Below, piece after piece: positions 29,164-39,799 of a stretch of 64,000 nt of DNA. The stretch spans positions 1,280,002 through 1,344,001 of the forward strand of contig CAWFUO010000006.1 of assembly GCA_963819095.1 (NCBI GenBank), read 5' to 3'. A model generated the notes under the pieces. That model saw nothing but the letters and a program-made list of their open reading frames with translations, was not told the origin of the DNA and did not search any database. The DNA is from Candidatus Dormiibacterota bacterium. GTDB lineage: Bacteria; Chloroflexota; Dormibacteria; Aeolococcales; Aeolococcaceae. Position 1 is the first letter of the stretch. Each line of letters starts with the position of its first letter. Both the position numbers and the translations under genes were made by a program.

Positions 29164-30117
29164 ATGGGCAAGCAGGGCAGGATCCTCGGTGTCGCCGGAA
29201 CGCTCGTGGCGATGGTGCTGGCGACGGCCACAGGCGTCAGTGCTCACTCATGGGCGCCATCGGCGGGGGTGACAGCCGTTCGCGTTGCGGACTCGACCCG
29301 GGGCGCGGCCGCGATGAGGAGCAGCGCGATTGACGCACGCCCCGCCGTGGTGGTCGCCAAGCCGGGCGGTTACACCCTGGTCGAGTTGGTGGCGATAAAC
29401 CTGAGCGCGAACAGCCAGACGTTCGCGTTCCTCAGCTGCCCCAAGAAGAAAGGTGTGCAGACGGTTCCGCTCAATGGTGGCGCCGAGATCAGCTCGAGCG
29501 ACCTCGCGGCCAACATCAACTCCTCGTATCCATATTTCGACGGCAAGAGCTGGGCGGTTGATGCCAACAACGGCAGCAGCTCAGCGACCTCCTTCAACGT
29601 GTTCGTGGTGTGCGCGAAGAAGATCAAGGGCTACGTCGAGCTGCACAGCGCCTCTGAGCCCAACCCTGCAGGTACCGAGAATGCTTATGGGGGCGTGTGC
29701 CCGAGTGGCGACCGTGTTTTCGGCGGCGGTGCCCTCAGCAGTTCGACCGCCACATCGGTGAACCTCACCGGCACTATTCCGAATGGCACCAACGATTGGG
29801 CCATCTACATCAACAACGCTTCGACGGCGAGCGCGGGCGTTACCCTCTACGTGATCTGCGCAAAGCCGCCGGCGACGATGCATTACTCGATCTACTCAAC
29901 GTCCGGGGTCAACGACGCAGCCGGGACTGAAACTGGGGTCAGCCAGTTCTGCCCGAGCGGATACTCCGTCCTCGGCGGGGGCATCCAGCAGAGCACAGGC
30001 CTGCTGTCGGTCAACATCAACAGCACGTTCCCGCTCACAGGCGAGTGGCGTGCGTATGAGAACAATGCCAGCACGTTCAACGTGAGCCTGACCATCTTCG
30101 CCATCTGCGGCGTCTAG
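29164..30117 (+). CDS. secreted protein with three ~55-aa Cys-bracketed repeats, function unknown
   Basis: Signal peptide MGKQGRILGVAGTLVAMVLATATGVSA. Three modules each start CPxx/CPSG...GGG, contain W and NN(A)S, and end V(V/I)CAK or AICG. Looks less G+C-rich than its neighbours by eye. Confidence 0.7.
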   Translation: MGKQGRILGVAGTLVAMVLATATGVSAHSWAPSAGVTAVRVADSTRGAAAMRSSAIDARPAVVVAKPGGYTLVELVAINLSANSQTFAFLSCPKKKGVQTVPLNGGAEISSSDLAANINSSYPYFDGKSWAVDANNGSSSATSFNVFVVCAKKIKGYVELHSASEPNPAGTENAYGGVCPSGDRVFGGGALSSSTATSVNLTGTIPNGTNDWAIYINNASTASAGVTLYVICAKPPATMHYSIYSTSGVNDAAGTETGVSQFCPSGYSVLGGGIQQSTGLLSVNINSTFPLTGEWRAYENNASTFNVSLTIFAICGV

Positions 30118-30140
30118 TGGCAACAAGCTTCGGGTAGGAT

Positions 30141-30303
30141 CTGCGACGGTCGTCTCAGCCGCCGTCATGGGTGCCTTCGCAACGCGACGGCTTGGCGCGG
30201 TCCGCTTGGGCGTGGCGAGGAATATCCTCGTGGCCTGGGCGCTCACCATCCGGCGACTGCAGTCATGGCCGCCGTTTGCGCGCTCGTTGTCTGGGCGCTC
30301 TAA
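30141..30303 (+). pseudogene. C-terminal remnant of a PiT-family inorganic phosphate transporter
   Basis: ATVVSAAVMGAFATRRLGAVRLGVARNILVAWALTI then, after a 1-nt shift, PATAVMAAVCALVVWAL-stop. This is only the last ~55 residues of a PitA-like protein, starting right after the previous gene. Confidence 0.5.
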
Positions 30304-30732
30304 CCCAACAGAGTTCCACGCGTTGTCAGGCGACCGGGTTGGTCTGAGCCTCGGCCGGCACCGCAGGTGCAGTGACTGACGCCGTCGCTTCCATGATCGC
30401 CAGGAGCTGCACGAGCACGCGCGGAGGTCCGGGCGGATGCGTAGATGGCGTCGGGCTCCTGGCCGTTCATGACGAGGACGCCTGTCGACTGGAAACGGTC
30501 GAGCTGGTGGAGGACCTCGAAGGCTCGACAGCTTCGTGCTCGAGCGGCCAGCTCGGCGAGCTTGCGAGGGCGGTCGAGCAAGTTGGGTGATGATCCGGAG
30601 CCGGTCGGCATCGCCGAGGGCGTGGAGCAGATCGCCGGTCTGCGCTGAACTCGTCGTCGGGCCGGGTGACGAGCGGACCGCACGGCCTCGAGCGCTGCGC
30701 GCGGCTGCAGCGGCAGCGCCGACGCCGCTCAC
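30300..30732 (-). pseudogene. ArsR/SmtB-like winged-helix regulator, frame-disrupted
   Basis: GDLLHALGDADRLRIITQL | LDRPRKLAELA...LHQLDRFQSTGVLVMNGQEPDAIY spans two frames. A possible GTGA overlap with the upstream gene lies at 30729-30732. Weak call. Confidence 0.35.
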
Positions 30733-31571
30733 GTAGCTGGTCTGCAGCAGGACCTCGCCGGCGGTGGCCCCGGCGCTTCGCCGGGCGACGATCACGTAGA
30801 ACGCCCCGACCACGAGGAGCACCACGACCGCGTCGACCCACCCGCTCCCGAACCCGACGCCGAGCAGCCGGCCGAGGGCGAGAAGTCCCGTGACGATGCT
30901 CGCCACGACACCGATGTCCACGCCGGCGGCGAGGAGGACGCGCACCCAGCGCGGCACCCGCACGAGGCCCGCTCCCGACGAGGCGGGGGTCTTGCGCACG
31001 GCGAGATAACAGCCGACACCCATCACGATGAGAATCGCGCCCTGCACCGCGAGCTTCTGGATCTGGTCGAGGAAGTGCTCGACGGGAACGCCGATCAGGA
31101 TGCCGAGCGCGACATAGACGCCGACCCAGACGATGGTGGAGGAGACCATCGCGAGGATGAAGGAGCGGCGGGGCGCGCGCACCGCGCCTGCCACAAGCGT
31201 CGTGTAGATGCGCAGCCCGGGGATCAGCCGGCTGATCGCGATGCCTCGCCATCCGGCGGAGCGAAGCCGGTCCTCGACGCGCTCGAGGTTGCGCTGCTGG
31301 CGCAGGCGCCGCGCCAGTCCCATGAGCGCCGCGATCGCCGACGGCGCGTGCCCAGCTGTAGCCGACGAGTGAGCCGGCAATGCAGGCGATCGAGGGCGAG
31401 CGGGATGAACGCGTAGGGGTTGAGGCCGCCCGATGCGATCAGCAGGCCGGCGACCAGCAGGGTCAGCTCCCCAGGCGCGAAGGGGAGCGGGACCCCGGCC
31501 TCCTCGGCGAAGAGAAGGGCCGGCAGCAGCGCGAGTGCGACCGCTCCATGCAGGCCCTGGAGGAAGTTCAC
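30729..31571 (-). pseudogene. DedA (SNARE-associated) family membrane protein with RDD-like C-terminal extension, at least 3 frame disruptions
   Basis: MNFLQGLHGAVALALLPALLFAEEAGVPLPFAPGELTLLVAG.. | CIAGSLVGYSWARAVGDRG | ..RVEDRLRSAGWRGIAISRLIPGLRIYTTLVAGA.. lie in three frames within 31.34-31.39 kb. The 3' end is uncertain. Confidence 0.5.
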
Positions 31572-31643
31572 CGACCCATCATGCCCCCGCGTTCCGCGTG
31601 ATGCTGCAGGTTGTCGAGACCGTTGCCTGGTTGTTCTGCGACA

Positions 31644-32835
31644 GTGCGGGCCGTGGTGGAGACGGATGTCGCAGTCGTCGGGGGAGGTCCGAGTGGCGCG
31701 ACGACGGCGCTGCTCCTGGCCGGCCGGGACTTCGGGTGGTGCTCCTCGACCGCGCCCGCTTCCCGCGCGACAAGGCCTGCGGCGAGGGGCTCATGCCGCC
31801 AGGGGTGGACGTGCTCCGGCGTCTCGGCCTGTACGACCAGGTGCTCGCGACAGGAGCAAGGCCACTGCACGACGTCACCTATCAGCACGAGGGCGGGCGT
31901 CCCGAAGCCTCCGCGAGATTCCCGAACGATCCGTCCCGGGGGGTACAGCGCCAGGCCTCGGGATCCGCCGGACCACATTCGATGCGGTGCTGGTGGACGC
32001 GCTGCGCAGCGAGGCGACCGCGACGGTGCGCGAGAGTGCGCTCGTGACCGGTCTCCCGCGGGACGGGGCGGCGGTCACGGGCGTCCATGCCGGCGACGAC
32101 GACGATCGAGGCCACCTTCGTGGTCGGCGCTGACGGACTGCACTCGGGCGTGCGACGCTGGGCAGGGTCTGGCGATTCCGCCGCGCACGGCGGCCGGTAC
32201 GGGCTCGCCGGTCACTGGCGCGTCGACGTGCGCGACCGCACCGGCATCCGCATCACGTTCTGCGACGGACACGAGTGGTACGAGGCGCCCGTCGGACCGG
32301 ACACGCTGCTCGTGTCCGTGACTCACCGGACGGGCACGTCAGCCGATCAACGCGCGCACCTACGCGGACGCTGCACGTGCCGCGGTCCCCGTCCATCCGC
32401 GAGACCCTGCTCGTGGCCGAACCACTTGGTGCCGCGCAGTTCCGGCAACGCGCCCGCGCTCTCTCGGATGGACGCGTCTTCCTCGTCGGCGACGCAGCGG
32501 GTTACGACGACCCCACCACCGGGGACGGGCTGGCCATCGGGATGCTCCTCAGCGAACGGCTGGCACAGCACATCGCCGATGCCCTCTCCGGCCGGATCTC
32601 GAATACGGAGGCCGCTCGACGCTACGCGGCCGACCACAGACGTCTGCTCCGCGAGCGTCGCCGGCTCACGCGACTGGCGTTGGTCATGGCGGGGACACCG
32701 TGGCTGAGCCGCCGGGCCATCGCACGTGCCGCTGTCGACCCGACCGCGCTCGGCAAGCTGCTCGGGATCAACTGCGGCTATCGGACGTTCGCGTCGCTCA
32801 CCCCGAGAGACTGGCTCTCGCTCGGGGGGATCTGA
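31644..32835 (+). pseudogene. FAD-dependent oxidoreductase/hydroxylase (geranylgeranyl-reductase/SrsC-like), at least 4 frame disruptions
   Basis: Pieces lie in all three frames: DVAVVGGGPSGATTALLLAGR | LRVVLLDRARFPRDKACGEGLMPPG | GIRRTTFDAVLVDAL | FVVGADGLHSGVRRWAG | GRVFLVGDAAGYDDPTTGDGLAIG. Confidence 0.7.
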
Positions 32836-33400
32836 CGGCTGCGCCTGCCGGTGCGCGGGATGAACCGGGGAACGTCTCGAAACGCCTCGCGATAGCCGGG
32901 GACGCCATCGAGGAGGCGCTCCTCCGCGCGAATGCGCGGCACGAGCACGGCGGCGTTTGCTGCTGAGAGCACCACCGCCTCGGGCAGCGCCCCGACGGCG
33001 ATCGGGAGGCAGGCGAACTCCATGGCCACCGCGAGGTAGTTCGGGTGCCGGATGTAGCGATACGGCCCGCCCGTCTCGATGCGGATCCCCCGGCGCACAT
33101 GCCCGGTCACGTTCCAGTCGTCTCCGAGCGTCCGGATCACCCAAAGCCGGAGACCCGTTGCCGCGCCGAGGCCGAACAGTGCGGCAACCTCGACGACCTT
33201 TGGAATCCGGCGAGCCGGGGCGCGGCCACGCGCTCACCGCGAACAGGGCGACGTTGGCGGCGACCATGAGGGGATAGGTCGACGGCGATGCCTGATCGGC
33301 CGAGCCCGGCTGCGGTCCGGTTCCGAGCCGAGATGCGGAGCTCCACGAGCCGCTGCGCCCCCAGGGCGAGGGCAAGGACCGTGCGAGCCCGTGACCTCAT
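32778..33400 (-). pseudogene. isoprenylcysteine carboxyl methyltransferase (ICMT) family methyltransferase, frame-disrupted
   Basis: MRSRARTVLALALGAQRLVELRISARN | YPLMVAANVALF | WVIRTLGDDWNV...GGPYRYIRHPNYLAVAMEF lie in different frames. The ATGA overlaps the PKS stop. Confidence 0.7.
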
Positions 33401-34420
33401 GCTGCCCAGAGCAACTCGAGGAGCTCGACCATGAGCCCGGGACCGAACGCCGCAGCCATGCCGCGACCGGCCGGAACCGGAAGGTTCGCAGCGAGCTCTT
33501 CGAGCACGAAGAGGATCCCTGCAGACGAGGTGTTGCCGGTCGCCGGAGCACCCGACGCGTCGCGGCGAGCTGGTCTTCCTCGAGATCGAGACAGCGCACG
33601 ACCGAGTCGACGATCGCCTGGCCGCCGGGATGCGCCGCGACGGCATCGAGATCGGCCGCGCTGCCCATGAAGGCGTCGACGAGCGCAGGGAGGTTCGCCT
33701 CCAGCAGGCGAGGCAGCTGGCGTGAGACGACCACCCGGAAGCCATCATCCGCGCGCTCGAATCCGAGCGCCCCGGTGCTCGATGCGACGAGGCGCGACGC
33801 GGTCCGCCGATGCCGATGCGCCCGGGGGCGGCGCCGCCGCGGAGCAGGGCGGCACCGGCGCCGTCACCGAAGACGAGGACGCTCAGCAGGTTGTCGGCGG
33901 ACGTGTCCGCGGGCCGAAACGTCAGCGACGGCACCTCCACGGCGACGACCAGCGCGGCTTGGCCGGGGTGCGACCGCACCCAGTCCACGCCCACGCCAGC
34001 GAGCCGCCCCGCCTGCACACCCGAAATTCATGAAGGGCATTCGGCGGACGTCGCGGCGCAGGCCGAGATGGTTGACGAGTTGCACGTCGATGCCCGGGAG
34101 CACGAAACCGGTGCACGAGCAGAAGAACGAGGAGGCCGATGTCGTCGATGGCGGCGGCCGCGTCGTCGAGCGCGCGCTCGGCCGCGGCAATGGCAAGTGG
34201 TGTCGCTGCGGCGGCATAGCGGACGCCTGCTCAGCCGGGCGAAGCGGCAGGAGCGCCTCCTCGACCGGGCGGACGAGGAAAGCGGTGGGTCGCCGCGAGC
34301 TCGTCGGCGAACAGGCTCACGCGTCGCTCCAGTCGCGGCCAGAGCTTGGTGATCAGGCGGAGGACATCGTCCCCGTTGACGCGATGTGGCCGGCACAGCG
34401 GTTCCCAGCCCGTCGATCAC
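33397..34420 (-). pseudogene. type III polyketide synthase (chalcone-synthase fold), at least 5 frame disruptions
   Basis: VIDGLGTAVPA | CTGFVLPGIDVQLVNHLGLRRDVRRMPFMNFGCAGGA (active-site Cys region) | ALVVAVEVPSLTF..VFGDGAGAALL | AAHPGGQAIVDSV | GNTSSAGILFVLEEL..AFGPGLMVE are scattered over three frames. Confidence 0.75.
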
Positions 34421-34575
34421 GACCGGCGGGAGCAGCGGCCACTCCCCGTCCGATCGGGCAGCGCCGCTGAGCGGAGCGCCGCCTCAACAACCATGTCGGT
34501 CGGATCATGACACCGAGGATCTGCGAGGCCGCGACGAGTGGCGTGAATTCGAGATGCGAGGAATATGCCCGCGGG

Positions 34576-35277
34576 TTACAGCGGGTCCCGTCGTCGGCGT
34601 ACGAGGTCGAGGAACTCACCGAAGAGCGCCATCGCCCATGGCTCCTCGGTGAACAACTCCTCCGGATGACACTGCACGGCAATGACCATGCCATCCGACG
34701 ACTCGACGCCCTCGACGATGGCGTCCGGACTGAGTGCGGTGACATGGAGGCCGGGGGCGAGGTCCTTTACCGACTGGTGGTGGAGACTGTTCACCATGAC
34801 GCGGTCGCGCTTCATCGCCTTCGACAGCGCCGATCCAGGCAGGACGTCAATCGAGTGAACGAGTTCGTTGCGTGGATGGCCGTGGTTGTCATGACCCTCT
34901 ATGTGCTGCAGCAGAGTCCCGCCGAGCGCGACATTGATGACCTGCTGCCCGCGGCAGATGCCAAAAACGGGCACGCCTCCACCCACGGCCGTGCGCACCA
35001 AGGCGATCTCGGTGAGATCCAAGGGGTGATCGACGTCCGAAGTCTCTTGGCGGCGCGTCTCGCCGTAGGCCGGTGGATCGACGTCCCATCCACCCGGGAT
35101 GAGCAGCCCATCGACGTCGTGCAGCGTGGATCGCGACGCCTCCGGTGCCAGCCCATGCGGCTCTGGAGTGAGGGTGACAGGATCGCCGCCGGCGGCTTCT
35201 ATGGCGTCTCGATAACGTGAGTAGTACGCAAATCCGCGTCGCGGACTGGATGTCACGCCGATCCTTGGTCTGGACAT
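34576..35277 (-). CDS. class I glutamine amidotransferase / gamma-glutamyl-GABA hydrolase-like (peptidase C26)
   Basis: GLLIPGGWDVDP, FGICRGQQVINVALGGTL, VQCHPE catalytic triad context. Start set at MSRPRIGV. Confidence 0.8.
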   Translation of the reverse strand: MSRPRIGVTSSPRRGFAYYSRYRDAIEAAGGDPVTLTPEPHGLAPEASRSTLHDVDGLLIPGGWDVDPPAYGETRRQETSDVDHPLDLTEIALVRTAVGGGVPVFGICRGQQVINVALGGTLLQHIEGHDNHGHPRNELVHSIDVLPGSALSKAMKRDRVMVNSLHHQSVKDLAPGLHVTALSPDAIVEGVESSDGMVIAVQCHPEELFTEEPWAMALFGEFLDLVRRRRDPL

Positions 35278-35392
35278 CACATCATTCTCTGTTGAATCCA
35301 GCCTCGCGGGCACGGCGAGCACTCATCGCCTGCAGCTCGGTACGCCGTGGCCGTCGCGCGGGGGCCCCTGAGCACGAAGTACATTCCAGGGC

Positions 35393-36007
35393 GTGATCGG
35401 TGAACGGCTCGAGCTCGCCGACTGGCGGCGTCGGGTCAGCGAGCTGTATGCGACGATCCGCGCGGAACCAGATCCAGCGGCTGCCTGGATGCACTGGCGC
35501 GAGGTTCGGGATCGGCTCTTCAGAACGCACCCGCAGAGCCCGGTTCCAGCAGGGGAGCGCGGCGACGCGACTGCCCCCGCGTATTACCGGTACGATCCCG
35601 CGCTGCGCACGGTCGGGGATGTCGACGCTGCCGACGGCGCCACATTCGAGCTGCCCGGCTCGACCAGCGGCCATGTCACCGCTGAACGCGCGGGCACGGT
35701 GCACTTTGCATTGGGCGGTGAGCCCATCAGCCTGTCGATGTTCTGGCTGCTCGACTATGCCGGGGGATTCTTCCTGTCGTTTCGCGACGCCACCAGCGGA
35801 GCGGCGACGTACGGCGCCGGCCGGTATCTCCTCGACACCGCCAAAGGTGCCGACCTTGGTGTCAACCCTGACGGAAAGTTCATCCTCGATTTCAACTTCG
35901 CCTACCAGCCATCGTGCAGCTACGACCCGCAGTGGAGCTGTCCGCTCCCCCCACGGGAGAACTGGCTGACGGTCCCGATCAACGGGGGCGAGCGCTTGCG
36001 GTCCTGA
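35393..36007 (+). CDS. DUF1684 domain-containing protein
   Basis: YYRYDPALR..., GAGRYLLD..., DFNFAYQPSCSYDPQWSCPLPP, the DUF1684 C-terminal signature. Confidence 0.75.
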   Translation: MIGERLELADWRRRVSELYATIRAEPDPAAAWMHWREVRDRLFRTHPQSPVPAGERGDATAPAYYRYDPALRTVGDVDAADGATFELPGSTSGHVTAERAGTVHFALGGEPISLSMFWLLDYAGGFFLSFRDATSGAATYGAGRYLLDTAKGADLGVNPDGKFILDFNFAYQPSCSYDPQWSCPLPPRENWLTVPINGGERLRS

Positions 36008-37564
36008 TCAGAACAGCGAGGGGATCACCGCTTCGATGAGATGCGGTCCGGGTTCGGCGAACGCTCGTTCCAGATCGGCGGCGAATGTCTCGGCCGTCTC
36101 CGGCCGCGTGGCCGGAACGCCGAAACCCCGTGCCAACGAGACGAAATCGATGTCGGGTGGTGCGATGTCGAGCATCTCGAGCGCGCGCTGTCCCGACGCT
36201 GTCGCGCCCACGCGAGCGAGCTCCATGCGCAGGATTGCGTAGCGTCGATTGCTGAAGATGACCGTGGTGACGTCGAGCTGCTCACGCGCCATGGTCCACA
36301 GCGCCTGCAGCGTGTAGAGCGCGGACCCGTCTGCCTCCAACGCGAGCACCGGGCGGTCCGGACACGCGATCGCCGCGCCGAGCGCCACCGGGAGGCCTTG
36401 GCCGATCGAGCCGCCGGTGAGGCTGAGCCAGTCGTGTCGGGGCGCGCCCGCCGTGAAGATTGGCAGGAACGTGCCACTGGTGTTGGCCTCGTCGGAGACG
36501 ATCGCCCCTTCCGGCAGAAGCGCGCCGATCGCTCGGGCAATCGATTCGGCGCCGAGCTCTCCGGTCGGCCTGTCCGGCCTGGGCGGCGGTTCGTCGGTGG
36601 GTGCATCGCCGGAACCGAGCTCGCCGGCGAGCAGCTCCAGCGCGGCGATGGCGTCGTCGCCGCCGCCCGCGAGCACCGTCACGTCGCATCCCTCGGGAAC
36701 GAGATCGCTCGGCTTGCCGGGGTACGCGAAGAACGAGACCGGCGACGCGGTGTCGACGAGGATGAGGTGGCTCAGCCCTTCGAGCTGGCCGGCAGCCATC
36801 TCCGCAAGGTACGCGACGCGCTGGACCGCCTGAATGCCGGCGCCTCGCTCGGCCCGAGCCGAGAACGTCTCCGCGAGCACCTCCGCCCCCGTGGCGGTCG
36901 CAATACGCGCCGCCGCCTTGAGGCCGCGCTCGCGCAGTGCACTGCCACCGAGCAGCATGGCCGCACGTGTCTTGGAGCGGAGCGCTGCAGCAACCGAATC
37001 GATTGTCGCGGCGGGTACTGCGGCTCGAAGCGTGCGCGGCTCCGGCGGGGCCACCGAACCACCCTCCGACCAGGAGACGTCGGCCGGAAGGATCAATGTC
37101 GCGACCTTCCCGGGAGGCCCGCAGGCGGCGGCGACGGCTGCAGCCGCGTTGGTGCCCACGTCCTCAGGCCGAGCGCTCCGGCGGATCCACGTCGAGACGT
37201 TCCGGGCGACGGTGTCGATATCGGACTCCAGGGGAGCGTCGTATCCGCTTGTGATAGGTCGCGTGATCGCCGACGATCGCAACCACAGGCGCATGGCTGC
37301 GCCTCGCGTTGTGGAGATTCGCGAGACCGTTGCCGAGGCCCGGGCCCGAGATGGAGCAGGACTGCCGCCGGGGACTCGCGCATGCGCGCGTAGCCGTCGG
37401 CGGCGCCGGTCGCTGACGCCCTCGAAGAGCGCCAGCACGCCGCGCATCTCGGGCACCGCGTCGAGGGTCGCGACGAAGTGCATCTCCGACGTGCCGGGGT
37501 TGGCGAAAACCACATCGACATTCGAGGCCACGAGGCTGCGCAGCAGCGCCTCGGCACCGATCAT
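36008..37564 (-). pseudogene. thiamine-diphosphate-dependent enzyme (acetolactate-synthase large-subunit-like), at least 4 frame disruptions in 37.2-37.42 kb
   Basis: MIGAEALLRSLVASNVDVVFANPGTSEMHF.. | ATGAADGYARMRESPAAVLLHLGPG | LGNGLANLHNARRSHAPVVAIVGDHA lie in three frames. The C-terminal TPP motif GGSIGQGLPVALGAA...ALEADGSALY is intact. Confidence 0.7.
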
Positions 37565-38970
37565 CCGGCGGCCACGCTGATGCAGCTCCGCTGGCTTCTC
37601 GAGCATCGCTCCCGGGTTGAGGATGCCGTCGGGATCGAACGCCGCCTTGATCCTGCGCATGAGTGCGAGCTTCGCCGGATTCTCGAGCGCGAGGAAGTGG
37701 TTGCGCTTGTCGGTGCCGATGCCGTGCTCGCCGGACACCGCGCCACCGAGCGCGACACCCGCTTCGAACACGCGTCGCAAGACGCGCTCGAGGTGCTGCC
37801 GGATCGGGCTGAAACACCGAGAGGTGCACGTTGCCGTCGCCGGCGTGACCACAGCCCAGGATCATCGAGCCGGTGTCCTCCGCAATTGCTGACACGTCTG
37901 CCAGAAACTCCGGGATCTGAGCGCGCGGCACCACGGTGTCGATGATCTCGTTGGCACCCGCCGCTTTGGCGGCGAAGAATGCGCGCTCCCGTGCGGCGAT
38001 CAGCTCTGCGGCCGCACCGGCGGGGAGCACAAAGACGTCGAGGGCGCCGAGCGAGGTGATGAGGTCGCCCAGCGACTCGATGTCTTCGTCGAGCCGCGCC
38101 GGGTCGCGCGACTCCAGGACCACAACAAGGTATGCGAACGCCGCTTCCTTGACCGCCGTCCCGATCCCCAGCTCGAGCCCGCGCGCTGCGGTAATCGCTG
38201 CCATCGTCATCATGTCGATGTACTCGAGGATCATCGGTGCTGCGCCACTCTGGACGATCCGCGGCACTGCACTCGCGATCTCCGCCACGGTTCGGAACGG
38301 CGCGAGCACCGTCGCGGCGTGGGGCTGGCGCGGGTACAGGCGCAGGATCGCCTCGGTGACGATTGCGAGCGTGCCCTCTGATCCGACGATGAGCTGGGTG
38401 AGGTCATAGCCGGACGTCGCCTTCACGAACCTGCCCCCAGTCCGGATGATCTCGCCGGTACCGAGCACGGCTTCGAGACCAAGCACCTGGTGGCGGGTGA
38501 CGCCGTATTTGACCGCGCGCATCCCGCCCGCGTTGGTGGCGACGCTGCCGCCGAGCGCTCGCGCTGCTCTCGCCGGGAAAGACCGGGTAGACGAGCCCGT
38601 GTCGCACCAGGGCTTCGTCGAGATCGCGCAGGCTCACACCAGGTTGCACGACGGCGATCTGATTGTCGACGTCGATCTCGATGATCGCAGCCATCTCGCG
38701 AAACGCGATGAGGATCCCGCCTTCGCGGGGCACGCACGCGCCTGCAAGCCCTGTCCCCGAGCCGCGCGCCGTGACCGGCATCGCGAACTCGCGAGCGATG
38801 GTGATCACCTCGGCAATCTCGGCGGCGGAGTGGGGGAGGACGACCACGTCCGGCGCATGCCAGTGCGCCACCAGCGACTCATCGTGCCAGTCGTCCTCGC
38901 TGACGTCGGCGCCCGTCAGGACCCGTACGGGACCGAGCAGCGCGGTGAGCTTGTCGACAACAGCAAGCAT
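37561..38970 (-). pseudogene. FAD-linked oxidase (GlcD-like), at least 2 frame disruptions (~38.54 and ~37.81 kb)
   Basis: VTARGSGTGLAGACVP.. | MRAVKYGVTRHQVLGLEAVL..GSEGTLAIVTEA.. | ..SGEHGIGTDKRNHF...DPDGILNPG. The present tail frame runs without a stop into the TPP-enzyme gene. Confidence 0.7.
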
Positions 38971-38978
38971 CGAACCGC

Positions 38979-39788
38979 CTACGAGCCGGTGAAGGTCGCT
39001 CGGCGCTTTTCAAGAAACGCGCTCACGCCCTCGACGAAATCGCTCGTCGTAGTCGCCTCCGTCTGCAGGCGTTCCTCGACCGCGAGCTGTGCCTCCAGGT
39101 CGTTCTCGTGCGATCCCTCGAGCGCGCGCTTGGTGAGGCTGATCGAGCGTGGTCCCCGGGCAAGGCGGCCAGCAAGCTCGGCCGCCGTGCCGGCAAGCTC
39201 GGTGTCGGGCACCACCCAGTTGACGATGCCGAGCTCGAGCGCCCGTGTGGCATCCACCGTCTCACCGAGCATCATCAGCTCAGCCGCACGGGCGGGTCCG
39301 ATGAGCCGAGGCAGGAAGTACGTACCGGCCAGGTCGGGGATGAGCCCGATGCGCACGAACGCCTGGACGAAGGTCGCCGACGCGGCGGCGATGCGCAGGT
39401 CACACGCGAGCGCAAGCGAGAAACCGGCGCCGGCGGCGACGCCGTTGACCGCCGCGATGACCGGCTGGTCCATCGAGCGGATCGCCCGGATCACCGGCGT
39501 GTAGTGGTCCCTCAGGATCGCGCCGACGTTCAGACCGCCGTCGTCGGCTGCGGCGCGCAAATCCTGTCCGCTGCAGAAGCCCCGTCCCGCGCCGGTGATG
39601 ATCACGGCCCGGACCGTCGCTCCCGATGCCGCCTCGCGCAGCGAGTCGGTGACCTCGTCGAGGAGCGCCGGGGTGATCGCGTTCAGCACCTCCGGACGGT
39701 TGAGGGTGAGGGTCATGACTCCGTCCGCGACGGTGGTGAGGAGCTGCGGAGCGGTCGCCGGCGTTGCGTCTGCGGACTCTGCGTTCAT
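38979..39788 (-). CDS. enoyl-CoA hydratase/isomerase family protein
   Basis: ITGAGRGFCSGQDL, AAVNGVAAGAGFSLALACD, crotonase fold. Confidence 0.85.
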   Translation of the reverse strand: MNAESADATPATAPQLLTTVADGVMTLTLNRPEVLNAITPALLDEVTDSLREAASGATVRAVIITGAGRGFCSGQDLRAAADDGGLNVGAILRDHYTPVIRAIRSMDQPVIAAVNGVAAGAGFSLALACDLRIAAASATFVQAFVRIGLIPDLAGTYFLPRLIGPARAAELMMLGETVDATRALELGIVNWVVPDTELAGTAAELAGRLARGPRSISLTKRALEGSHENDLEAQLAVEERLQTEATTTSDFVEGVSAFLEKRRATFTGS

Positions 39789-39799
39789 CGCGGCGAACT

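Noticed and set aside
29896-31380. 494-aa reverse-strand ORF as one gene
   Set aside because: It is a composite: part of a DedA/RDD membrane protein, an ArsR-like HTH read partly out of frame, and antisense sequence of the secreted-repeat gene.
36008-37852. 614-aa ORF as a genuine GlcD-tail / ThDP-enzyme fusion protein
   Set aside because: Both partners are otherwise frame-broken, and an ATGA stop/start overlap exists one frame away at 37561-37564. The fusion is more likely an indel consequence.
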